Positions 52,620 to 64,000 of a stretch of 64,000 nt of DNA are shown piece by piece (position 1 is the stretch's first letter; each line of letters begins with the position of its first letter). The DNA lies in the NCBI RefSeq assembly GCF_009834535.1, contig NC_045696.1, forward strand, positions 86,802,001 through 86,866,000, read 5' to 3'. Source of the stretch: Camelus ferus. Its lineage: Eukaryota. Under the pieces are notes generated by a model. That model searched no databases, was not told where the DNA came from, and saw only the letters and a list, made by a program, of their open reading frames with translations. Both the position numbers and the translations under genes were made by a program.

Positions 52620-53955
52620 AGATAGATTTCAGTACTAAATAGGGTGGTCAGGGTAGGACCCACAGAAGAGGCAAGAGCTGGGCAAAGAATATAAGGAAGA
52701 GGGAACAAGCCTAGTGAATTCTCGAGCTAAGACTATTCAAAGCAGAGAGAACAGAGTGAAAGCACAGGCTCTGAGGTATTGTGTGCCTGCCTGCATGGGG
52801 TGTTTGAGGAAGACAAAAATAAGCCTATGTGATAAGAACAAAATTAATACAGAGAAGAGTGATGGCAGAAGAGATCAGAAAGGTAATGGGGCAAATTGTG
52901 AGGCACCTTAGCAGCAGGACGATGAAACATTCCAGTTGCCCAAGACAACGTTTTTTATGTCTACTGTTCTCTAACTCCTTCTTTCATTCTCTGATTGGTT
53001 TGAATCATGTATTACATGGTCACCCTACTTACAGGGTTTGTAGATATCTTACCTTTGGCTTTAACAACGAATGTAAAGAGTAGCCATGCAGAGTTTTAAG
53101 CTGAAGAGTGATGTAATCTGATTCATGTTCTAAAAGATTCACTTTGGCAGCTGTATATTTGGAGTTTAAGCTCTTGAGTATCAGTAGGGAGAACTCTTCA
53201 GAAAGCTATTATGGAAATCCAGGTAAGAGGTGATGGTGGCTGAGGCTAGAGTGGTAAAAGCAGAAATGGAAAGAAGTGCTTGGAATTTAACGCAGTTTAA
53301 AGAGAACTGACACAATTTCATATATATTTGAGTCAGCGTTTTAAAAATAATGAATTCTAGGATATAATAAAGATTTTTTTTTTTTGCCTGAAAAACTAGA
53401 AAGAATTCTCTATCCACTGAAATAGTAAAGCTTGTACATAGATCAGGTTTTTGTAAGATGACTGAGTCTATACATGAACATTTAAATTTAAGTTATCTAA
53501 AAGACAATCAGATAGTGGTGAATGTATGTTTTAAGCATGATAATTTAAATTATAAAAGAATTAGGGGTTAAAGAGATAAATTTGAGAGTTGTCAGCACAT
53601 AGGTGGTATTTAAGCCATGAGGACTAGTTCATTAAGAAATAGGCCTGGGGCCGCTTTAATTTTAAAAGTCAAGAAAGAGAAAGGTGCAGAAATAGAGGCC
53701 AAAGAACAACTCCAGTATATGGGAGAAAATCCAAGAAAGTATTCGGTCCTGAAAGTCAAGGGAAAAAAGATACTAAGGAGAAAAGAACTGTGTCAAATGC
53801 TTCTGAAAAATCACATTAAAACCAGGATGCAAATAGACCACTAAATTTAGGAAATTGTATATCGTTAGTGACACTGATAAAATCAGATTCAGTGGAGTGA
53901 TAAGAGGTCAAGATTGATTGGAATGGAAGTAAGAGAGAATGAGAGGAGTGAAACT
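52620..53955 (-). mobile_element. L2 LINE fragment
   Basis: GAGTGATGTAATCTGATT, AATCCAGGTAAGAGGTGATGGTGGCT, TTTGAGAGTTGTCAGCACATAGGTGGTATTTAAGCCATGAG, TGTCAAATGCT. Confidence 0.85.
52912..53028. mobile_element. MER94-like hAT MITE fragment nested in L2
   Basis: Pyrimidine-rich interruption of the L2 ending in ATGGTCACCCTA, the hAT-Blackjack-type terminal repeat; other end degraded. Confidence 0.5.
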
Positions 53956-55399
53956 AGAGCCCTCAAGTCCATCATCAGAAAAATAAAGCAGACCAATGAA
54001 AAAAGAAAAATCTTAATAGTAATCCATCAAGGACCAGACTGCAGTGAAGATAGTTTAAACCATTTATTTACTTCCTTGGTCCTTTTCCTATTGCCACCAT
54101 TCATTAGGTAAGTGACATTAAGGAAGATAGTAAATTCTCTAAATCTAAATTTATAGTAAAATATATGTACTATTATTACCCACTTCAGCACATTGATAGA
54201 GATGGTAGTGTTCAACAGAGTAAGGTAGTGTTCAATAGAATTTATTAGACTAAGGTCCTCTATTGAAAATTTCTAAAACATAGTAAGTTCTCAAAAGCAG
54301 TCACTTTTGTTTTTGTTGTTACTAGTACTGTTGCTGCAACTATTGCTACTACTATTCTCTTTAACTGCCATCAGTTTTTAGTTAATCAAGGGGTGGTGGG
54401 TAATTCTCTGAATCATCTTTCTCCATACATGTTTATACTTCTCTTATTCTTCCTGTCACCATCCTTCCTACATCTCTTTCTCTGAGGCCAAAATCAAACT
54501 AATAAATAAGCACACAAAGCAAACATCTTCTTGCTTAATCTTTGTAAAGAACTAGGTATTCCTATATTCTTCTTAAAAGTACATTCATGAAATAATTTCC
54601 TTGATTAATAATATTTTTCATATCTTGTAACTTCCTCCCAGGGTGAAGTTACAGCAGAAAGATAAATTTGAAGGCAGTAGATTTGTTAGCTGTGTCTCTA
54701 ATGGTCTACCCTTTCCTGGTTCCAGATCTTCTCATACCTTGAACACTATACTTAACATGTCCACCTCTTTTTTTTCTTCACTAATTCTTACTTGTTTTAC
54801 TCCAGGGTCCCACACTCCAGTGCCTTTCAAAGGCATCTGCATGCAAATTCTTCCTAGCCTACATAAACATTAAAGGTATACAGAACACTTATAAAACCTG
54901 TATTTTTTAAAAGTGGTAGTGGTGAGTGTAGGGGAAGAAAAACGATTTAAACATTTGTCCATCCTCCCACTGCCTCTCTTCCAGGCCTGGCGCACTGAGC
55001 ATTCTGACATTCTCATCTTTGGAATGAAAGAGAATCATGTTAAATATGACTCATCTTCACAGATTACAAACCTCACTGTTTCATCTCATTTACTTAAATT
55101 ATTAATCAGAATTGCAATTAGTTATCATTATCTTTGGTACTTCTACTGAATAGAACACCTAGATTCTAAGATATGATCTTTTTTATTTAACCTTGATGTT
55201 CTGAGTAGTAACATACTTACTGCTCAAAGTTCTCAACATTGTAAAAAGAACTACGAAAAATTAGGACAGCAGGTGAACTTGGAGTTATTTAAAGGCCATA
55301 GAAGTATCAAAATAACCAGGGACTACCCTTTACTCCAAATCAATCCCTAAAAATAAAACAAAGTGTTGTAAAGTAGCCAGAATGAGATTCTTTTTATTC

Positions 55400-56200
55400 T
55401 CCTTGTGAAGCTGAGAAGGGAAGCGCCCAACCCAATAACAAACGAATCACCTTGTCAAAGCTAGCTTGTTTCTTTATGGGCTGCTACATCAGAAGATTTA
55501 TGCTAGAGCTTTCAGTAAAAGGGGATTTGGTAGGATTATTCTCTGGAGACAAAGGAAATTATCTCCTAATATTTAGAAACAACCATGAACACAGAGACTA
55601 GTGCCTAATTCTGCTACAAAGATGAAAAATGTAACTAAGAGTTATACAAACAAGAAGAAAAGCATAGTGCTCATTCTATTGGAATTTAATTAGAGATTGT
55701 AAAAGATTTCACTAGTATCTGTGGCTCCTATGAAGAGAGAGCATTTTCCAACTCAGTACAGAGCACCAGCAACAAATAGAATCAGATGGACATTTGACCT
55801 GACCTGGGACATCTCTCTAAGATGGTCAGCAGCTGTTTTCGTAAGATCTTCCTGTTCCTTCCCACTCCGTATCTCCAGCAATAAAGGAGACTGGCCTTAA
55901 AGATGGGATTAGCTGCTGTCACAAAGTCAGATTTTTGCCTTTTTTCTCCCTAACTTCTATCACTATTAAACTAGAGAGGTATGGCTTAAAATCTGCATTT
56001 GAAGGAAGGAAAGATACAAATTTTCAAAATAAGTGTGAGATTGAAGTTTTAAACCAGACTTGACTTTTCATAAACAAAAGTGACCAGAAAGGTATAGAAA
56101 GTGTCAAGGATATTATTCAAGGAATGAAGAATGAGGGTATGACGCAGAACAGCTGGATAGGAAATACAAATAACATTTTAAGCATATACTACTTTTGAGA
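55400..56200. mobile_element. Possible very old LTR (LTR78-like)
   Basis: TGAAGTTTTAAACCAGACTTGACTTTT...AAAGTGACCAGAAAG motif; family and limits uncertain. Confidence 0.3.
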
Positions 56201-56283
56201 TTCCTTTATAGACTAGGTTATATCTAAATATAAGAATATAATACGTGACATATAGGGAAATAGGGAAAGAGAGGGCTGATATA

Positions 56284-56442
56284 TCTTCCAGTTTTATTGT
56301 GCTATAATTAATAAATAAAAATTATATTTATATATTTTAAATGTACAACACAATGATGGGATGAATATATATATGTATACACTGTGAAATGATTACCACA
56401 ATCAAGCTAATTAACATATCTATCATTCACAAACTTATTTTT
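56284..56442 (-). mobile_element. L1MA9-like 3'-terminal fragment
   Basis: CTTCCAGTTTTATTG...TGTGAAATGATTACCACAATCAAGCTAATTAACATATC. Confidence 0.8.
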
Positions 56443-56449
56443 TCCCCTA

Positions 56450-58877
56450 TGAAAGTGCAAAGCTACGAGATGAGCTTAAATTAACTCTTCAGGTTTAGGC
56501 AGAATTTAAAGGAAAGATAAAGGAGCAGACCTGTGTTTGAAACTAAAACTATCTCATTCCAAGCCTTTAAGTGATCAAGGTACTAAGTGGCTGTACGTAA
56601 TAGATTTAATCTAGTGTGACTTTAAATCCAATAAGGTGGCCTCTGAATCAAAAATATCAGTGGTGAATCTTGTAAAACCCTTTTCTTACACCTCAGGAAG
56701 ATTTAAGGGCATGCCTCACAGACTCACGCAGCTAGACAACTTTACACCTTGCAATTCACAGCTTTGTACTTTATCATAACAAGCCCAAAGAAGCCATTTA
56801 GTACCTGCAGCATTCTTCCTGGAATCCTCCGAGGCCACATCCACAAGTTAATTAGATATCATTTCTACTTTCCAGAACATCTAAAGTAACAGAATTGACA
56901 AGCATTATTTCACCTTTCTCTTTTACTCAATAACAGTATCATTGTCCTTCCAGCCTTCACCAATATTCCTAACATTCAGATTCAAAGCTAATTCCACAAG
57001 TTTTAGGTTTTTGTTTCAGTAATATACTGTTTCTAAAACCAAATTTTGTTGCAGCTGCATATTGTTGCATAACAAGCCACCCGAAAACTTAGTATCTTAA
57101 AACAACAGCCTCATAAGAGTGTTGTCCAAAAGCTGCCTCAAAGATGACCTAAGGTAGGGAAAGGACTTCCTTGGAAAGACGTGTGGGCTTGTTTCACATT
57201 TTGTCTCATTGAGTTGACTATAAATTGAATAAAAGGAACTCACAACATTTTCAAAAGATTAATCCACTGGACTGAAAGGGACAGGGACAGTTTAAAATGA
57301 AGAGTGGCCCCTACACTCTTAAACGTCCATGAACAGGATCCAAACTGAAAAGTTATGCAGCTGCAAATTTGGAATATTTCTAATGGGAAAAGGCAGAGCC
57401 AAGAGCTCAGAGAGTAAAACCAGGAGTCACAGAAAATCATTCCTGGGGCACAGGACTGAAAGCTAATCAAGGAACTGGCAATGAAAACCAGAGATTTCAG
57501 AATTGCTCTGAACTAATGACTTCTATGTGCCTCCCATTTCCCTCTATTTGTAAAAGTAAGTGTGCATTGTACTTTCCCTACCCATCATTTTATTTGGGTA
57601 TATGGAGGGCACAACACTTTGAATTCTGCTACATATTTTTTAGATCAATGGAAATCTCACTTTAAAAACAACCTCTGCACCTGCATCTCCTGATACACAG
57701 GAAATATTTCTGGTTTTGAGTATGATGATTATTGAGATAAATCTTTTGTGTCTTATAGGGAGGAAGGGTATTTTGTGTGAGAGTTACATAAGTAATTGTG
57801 GCTAGAGGGTGGAATATTGCAGATTAATTAATGTTAAGTGTAGATTCTTTGTCATTCCTCTCAAAGAAATGTGTAATCTATTTCTCTACCCTCTTGAACC
57901 TGAACTGTGTAACTGGATCGAGGACAGTTCAATAGAATGCAGTGGAAGTTACTCTGCCAGTTTTTAAGTGGACTGTCAAGTTCTTTGCCTCTCTCTCTCT
58001 TTTCAAAATTGTTACTCTTATCTTTTTATTGAAGTATAGTCAGTTTACAATGTTGTGTCAATTTCTGGTTACAGCATAATGTTTTAGTCATAGATATACA
58101 TACATATACATACATATATTCATTTCCATATTATTCTTTTTTTAGGTTACTATAAGATATTGAATATAGTTCCCTGTGCTATACAGAAGAAACTTGTTGT
58201 TTACGTATTTTATATATAGTAGTTACTATCTGCAAATCTTGGAACTCCAATTTATCCCTTCCTACTCCCTTTATCTCTGGTAGTTGTAAGTTTATTTTCA
58301 ATGTCTGTGAGTCTGTTTCTGTTTTGTAAATAAGTTCATTTGTGTCCTTTTTTTTTTAAGATTCTATATATGAGTGATATCATATGGTATCATTCTTTCT
58401 CTTTCTGGCTTACTTCACTTAGAATGACAATCTTCTGGTCTACCCGTTGCTGCAAATGACATTATTTTATTCTTTTTTATGGTTGAGTAGTATTCTACCA
58501 TATAAATATACCACAGCTCTTTTATCCAGTCATCTGCTGATGGTCATTTAGGTTGTTTCCATGTTTTCGCTAGTGTAAATTGTTCTGCTATGAACATCGG
58601 GTGCATGTTTCTTTTTGAATTCAAGTTCCCTCTGGATATATGCCCAGGAGTGGGATTGCTGGATCATATGGCATGTCTGTTTGTCTTCTCTCTTGACATT
58701 TAGCCTGCTACGCTATGGGAAAAAGCCAAGGTAGCCATGGGGAAGAGAATTTAGGCCCCAGATGATAGTACCAGCTGAGCATTCAGCCAACAACCAGCCA
58801 CTTGCATTTACAGTTTCTAGCCCTTGTCAGGTTACTCCACAAAGAACAGAGATGTGCAGGTCCCACTGAGCAGTGCT

Positions 58878-58908
<31 letters not shown>

Positions 58909-58982
58909 CAATGGCAAACAAATTGCTGTTTGAAAACTTACTATTTAGGGTAGCTTATTTGCAGCAGTAAATAACCAAAAAC
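56450..58982 (+). mobile_element. Rearranged MaLR (MLT1G/H-like) internal region plus 3' LTR (about 57812-58982, split by an L1)
   Basis: MLT1-int motifs, purine tract GGCTAGAGGGTGGAA, then LTR sequence resuming after the L1 and ending GCAGCAGTAAATAACC; 56735-57108 is in the opposite orientation. Confidence 0.6.
58000..58679 (-). mobile_element. Relatively young 5'-truncated L1 (artiodactyl/camelid-type 3' end)
   Basis: TTTTTATTGAAGTATAGTCAGTTTACAATGTTGTG...AATATAGTTCCCTGTGCTATACAG...GGATATATGCCCAGGAGTGGGATTGCTGGATCATATGG; imperfect TSD TTTGCCTCTCTCT / TTTGTCTTCTCTCT. Confidence 0.9.
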
Positions 58983-61911
58983 CAGCTCTCACCTCTTTCC
59001 CTTTGATGACAGTGACAGAAAACAATGTGTGTTAGAGTAAATTAGAATTTTAAAAAATCTTTCTAGTACTAATTTTAAATTAATTACACATGTGAGTTAC
59101 ATGTAATGCAGATATTCACTAAATGCTACAAATATATTTTCCCTCTTTCTTAAGTTGGAATGTGTTAATACCAAATTATTTTCATTCATTTGATATTTAT
59201 TTCAATTTGACAGTCTTCTAAATTTACTATATAATAAGTTTAATGATATTTGTACGTTATATTCATATAAAAATGAAATTGTGTTTTCAACCTTGCTGTC
59301 ATTAAATTGTCGTGACAAAAATAACCTTGAAACAAAGCCTTACATAATGAGTCATAATATTTTCATTGTTATTGTTACTTGAATTTGATGGTATTCTCTG
59401 ACAGTTTACACACTTGTGTTTATTTGCATTAATTTAATCTCATCAACTTCACAGATTCTTTATGTTTAAATTAGTATGCCATCTAGTGACAAAAAATTAA
59501 ATATAACAAGCATACTCAAGTCATCTTAGGAAGACAATGAATGATAGTACACATTTGGTTGACCTAGTACTGAAAATAAGTTATACCTTTTAAAATAAAT
59601 TATTTTCAATTTTGGAAAACCATTTAAAATGCCATCACCTTTAAGATACTCCATGTCATACATATCCAACATATCCATATCTGTTACAATCTAATGCCAC
59701 TGTCAGGAAAATGAGCTGATTCTTAGTATACTCTGTCAAACAGTCATATTTCTGTACTATAACACAGATAACAAGTTTATCATTTTATATTTGATATTCT
59801 GTTTTTTTAATAAAAGAATTTGCTAACTTGTTTTTTATCAGTTAACAAAAATATCTAACATTTTTGTCTCTACAGAGTGCTTTTTCAGATGAGGATATCC
59901 TTAATATTAATACACATAATGCAAATTATTTTTCCAAAAATAAAACATTGCTTCCATATATCTTATACACTGTCTATCTGGGCCATTTTACAAATGTAGG
60001 TATTGACACTAAGAAAGAGTATGTGACTTATCTCTGATAATAAGCGGCAGAAATAGTTTTTGAAAAGAGGTCTTCTCATCCAAAAATCAAAATTAAAACT
60101 CTGATAATAAAATTTCAAATACAAAATATAGTATAATATTTGACATAGAGTTTGTGGCTAAGGTTTTTTTTTTCATCCTTGTATTTCTTTTTTTTTTCCT
60201 TATAATTCTAAGTTCCCATTCCTTTTTATAACCAAAAGACTGACCATCTTTCATAGGAGTGACATAAAATATGGATATTCTATAGCTATTTCCCCAAACT
60301 TACCCTTTGTATTGTGACTTCAAAGAGTAAGCAATTTAGAGTTTATAAATCCTTTTTTTTGCCCTTTTTTTTTTAAAAGCTACTTTGAGATTCTAATAAA
60401 GTCTGTGGAAACTTTCTCTTTAAAAAAATCCTTCTAAAGTCCATCAAAGTGATCATTAGGGATACTGCATAAGGGAAATGTGCCATTAAGGATTACCTCC
60501 ATTTACTTGCCAATAGAAGCTTCTAAAACATTTTTCCTTTTTTAGCATATTTGACAAATTTTCCTTCAAATATGATTATTATCTTCTCTAAAAAAAATGT
60601 GCAGCAGCTGAGAATTCTGCTTTGTTTATATATCTATGTACCTGAGGAATATCTTGAAATACATACATATATGTATATGCATATTAATACTGAACTTATC
60701 TTTTGTAGTCTTAAATATTGTAAAGAAGCCACTAATTATATGCATGATTAGCATGTTTTTCAAGATGGCAAAAAAAAAAATACAAAATTACTTAGCTTTT
60801 AAATACAAAGCTTTATGAAAAATAAACTATTTTCAATATTCCTTATTATTTGCATTTATCATATCAAGAGCTAGGCCTTGAGGACCTGATCGAAGAGTTC
60901 AACCTAAGGGAATTCCCAACCAGGCAGTAAAAAGAAACAACACCTTTTCTAGTCCCAGGGGTTTGTACAGGAGAGAGCCACAGATAAAAAAGCAAGAATC
61001 TATGCAGATGTCTTAATCTGACTTGCACAGATTTCAAACCTGGGAGTAAATGCATTTTATACATCTTTAGACATATTGTATTTGAGATTTAGGAAGGAGA
61101 CACTCCACACAGTGCTATTCTCCAAAATCACCCCGCTCCAGTAAAGAAAAGAGAGATCAGCATTGCTGTTTAGCAAGAGGGATTAGTTGGCACTGTTGAG
61201 TATCTTTCAGTCTCTGTTTAGTGTGGTGAGACCCAGAAATCTCCACATGCTTTTTAGAGACTCAGTTTGGTTAGAAGTAACTAAACAGAGAGCTAAGAAG
61301 ACTTCTATAAATGTGATATAGCTAGAAAGGTAAAGGTCACTGTGAAAGGGAGGCTGAAGACAACTCCAGCAACAATCCAAGTATAGAATGTGGCAGGCAT
61401 TCAGAAATAAGGGCCAAAGAATAATGAAGAAAGGGTTACTAATAAGGACCACCAGCCTAGATTAATGTAAAAGAGAAATGAGATTCAAGATAATCAAGCC
61501 ACAAACATCAGACATACCTACTAGCTGAACGCTCAGGGATGGGATTGAACCAAACACATTTCAGAGCACACCAGTCCTAGAGGACATCTTACAGATTTGA
61601 AGACACCGTATTTCTTCATTGACACATTTCCTTTCTATCACAACAGTCTTTTTCAAATATTCCACTCCATAAACACGGGGCCAGGATGAGGAAATGGATT
61701 TTGTAAGTCATAGAAATTTGCTTGTATTTTCTGAGCAGAAATTGTATACAAAACATTAAAATAAATCTAGTGGATTTTTGCTTTACTCTTCCAATGTTCC
61801 CCAAATACTCCCATCCTATGCCTGCCACTGAAAACCAGTTAAGAGAAGAGAGCTCATGTAGAATAATAGATGAGCTAGAAATAAATGAAGAAACAACTTT
61901 CTGTTAATATC

Positions 61912-62234
61912 TGCTATACATTTTATATTTATGTTCCCCTAAATTCATATGTTAAAACTCAAATGCTAATGTGAGGGCATTTGGAAGTGCAGCCTTTGGG
62001 AGGTAACTAAGAATGGGATTAGTGCCCTTATAAAAGAGGTACCAGAGAGCTCCAGTGTTCCCTTCCATGCAGTGTGGTTAAAGCAAAAATACAGCCTTCT
62101 AAGGAAGCAGGCTTTAAGCAAACACTGAATTGCCAGCTTCCTCATATTGACCTTCCCAGTCTCCAGAACTGTGAAGAATAAATTTCTGTTGCTTATAAGG
62201 TATTTTGTTACAGCATTCTTAATGGCCTAAGATA
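61912..62234 (+). mobile_element. MLT1A-like MaLR solo LTR
   Basis: Perfect 5-bp TSD ATATC (61907-61911 / 62235-62239); AAATTCATATGTT, GAATGGGATTAGTGCCCTTATAAAAGAG, CTCCAGAACTGTGA...AATAAATTTCTGTTG. Confidence 0.9.
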
Positions 62235-62294
62235 ATATCTCAGATTAGAGTAAATTTTTAGACTCTACTAGGTACCTAAGAACTGTATGTTATG

Positions 62295-62454
62295 GTGCTG
62301 TTATTCAACAGGTATAAAGTTTTAATTATGCAAAAAGATGAAGTTCTAGAGATCTGCTCTATAACATAGTGCCTATACTTAACAATACTGTATTGTGCAT
62401 ATAAAAATTTAAGTGGGTAGTCATACTAACTGTGCTTGCCACAATAAAAAAAAT
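62295..62454 (+). mobile_element. L1MA/MB 3'-terminal fragment
   Basis: AAGTTCTAGAGATCTGCT...AACAATACTGTATTGT...CCACAATAAAAAAAA. Confidence 0.8.
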
Positions 62455-62749
62455 TATGCAATTGAGTACTAAATTGCAATTATTATCTAAATTAATGTCT
62501 GCTCCTCCAATACAAATCCTTACAATCAAATATTCAAGAAATAGACTTATATAAAAAGTTAGAAGAGTAGTCTTCAACAAGTTCTAAATTATGGACATTC
62601 ATGAATTAATAAGAACTAATTTGTAGACTTTCTGCTATATCATTTAGAGGTACATTTTCCTCATGCTTCTTATCATAAGATAAGGGTTTTCTAAATGCAA
62701 ACTATTGTTTAAATACTTTATATTCATTAAGTAAAAACTGTTAAAAGTA

Positions 62750-62880
62750 TATTATAATGTCCATTTCACAAATGGGGTAACTGATGCACAAAGAGGTCAA
62801 GCAACTTGGCTACATCACTAATATGGAGAAAATCCATATAATGTGGCTTCAAGCCCCACATTATTAAAACTATGCCATAT
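62750..62880 (-). mobile_element. MIR SINE fragment
   Basis: CCATTTCACAAATGGGGTAACTGATGCACAAAGAGGTCAAGCAACTTG core. Confidence 0.7.
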
Positions 62881-63205
62881 TGTCCCTGTCATTATGTTTT
62901 AGAATATAACTCTTGTTGTTGCTTCCTCAGTAGTTAGTCAGTACCCTTCTCTTCATAACTACTCAATTTTTTGTTGTATTCTAGTTATGTTTCTCTAGAA
63001 ATTTTGTGTAACATGCAGCTGAGGCTAAGATAAATAGAACCAGCAAAGTCTCATCCCCTGACAGTCATTATCTCAGGTATGGAGAGATGACAAAATTGAG
63101 AAAATGAGACATGAGAAGATGTTTTGTGGGAACTTCTGAAAAGAAGCTTCCTCATTTTTTAAGAGTTTCTCAAAGCAAAATTATATTGTTTCATTCATCT
63201 GGTAG

Positions 63206-63366
63206 TAAGATTGACAGATTTAGCAAATAAAATACAGATGGCCAGTAAAATCTGAATTTTAGACAAATACTAAATTTTGTATAGGACATACTTATGCTAA
63301 AAAATGTTGCTGTTTATTAGAAATGCAAATTTAACTGGGTGTTTTGTATTTCATCTGGCAATCTTA
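63206..63366. mobile_element. MER53-like palindromic hAT MITE
   Basis: Terminal inverted repeats TAAGATTGACAGAT / ATCTGGCAATCTTA (13/14 complementary) and inner arms AAATACAG...CCAGT / ACTGG...TGTATTT. Confidence 0.8.
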
Positions 63367-64000
63367 CCTTTTAGTACGAAAGAGTAAACGATGATCTAGG
63401 GGCACTCAGCAAAAATCTTGTAAGTATAATGGAAAGTCAGTCTTCAGATGAAATGGCAGATAGTAAGAGTGAGATGGGAACAAAGAAATAATAATAAGAT
63501 ACTTTAACTGTTGAAATAGAACAATCCATATGCCTACCTTACCTCCTATTTTTCACTAAACTGGCCAATATATTTCATTAGTGTCTTAGCTAGATTAATT
63601 TGATCATTATGTTAACTCTAATCAAGTATTATTTATTCTGATACACACTAAAGAATTACCATGGCATATTACTGATCTTATCAAGTTTTGCTGTTCTGAA
63701 CATGTTTCAGCCATGTACAGTTTACAAATTCCACCAATGGAAATAGAAGTGACTTGGGATCTATGAGAAGTGTTATGTCATATAATTGTTTTGCTTTATT
63801 TAACTACTAAGACCTCAAAGTTCGAGACAGAAAACCAAAGAGGTAATAAAACTCTATTTTAAGTCATGCAAGGAACCTCACAAATCAATTCCAAGACCAG
63901 CCACACTCAAATATAATATCTTAATGTTAGAATTGTGCATAATTTGTACCATCACTGCACATAAATGATGTGGTATTTTGATTGTTGCTATGTTCTCTCC

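Noticed and set aside
54204..54240. Short direct duplications (GGTAGTGTTCAA twice; also TTTGAGGGTCA near 18370 and ATTTAGACTTC near 36257)
   Set aside because: Common slippage duplications with no further structure.
60860..61900. GC-richer block (also 5400-5800) that might be exonic
   Set aside because: No credible frame or splice pattern; more likely very old LTR remnants that I cannot name.

Overview
AT-rich, CpG-poor eutherian DNA with no recognisable protein-coding exon; it looks like a gene desert or a very long intron. A tRNA-Ala-headed SINE with target-site duplications (TSDs) at 18509-18667 resembles the camelid Vic-1 family, so the source is probably a camelid (inference). Much of the window is old eutherian repeat: L2, MIR, L1M fragments, MaLR/ERVL LTRs (including two provirus-like relics) and hAT MITEs. 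Repeat family names are from memory of consensus sequences and need a Dfam/Repbase check; several boundaries are approximate. All supplied ORFs look spurious. The most interesting signals are: (1) a 156-bp insert of 18-bp telomere-variant repeats plus an A-rich tail, flanked by a perfect 15-bp TSD inside a MIR (47781-47966), which looks like an L1-retroposed C-rich telomere-like RNA; (2) a tailless retroposed 5' half of tRNA-Glu(CTC) ending at the anticodon (16966-17008); (3) a consensus recursive-splice motif, polyY-CAG|GTAAGT, at 39069/39070, with two weaker look-alikes about 15 kb either side; (4) a recent A-B-A-A-B templated duplication (27333-27543); (5) perfect palindromes inside decayed repeats, one forming a four-unit heat-shock element.
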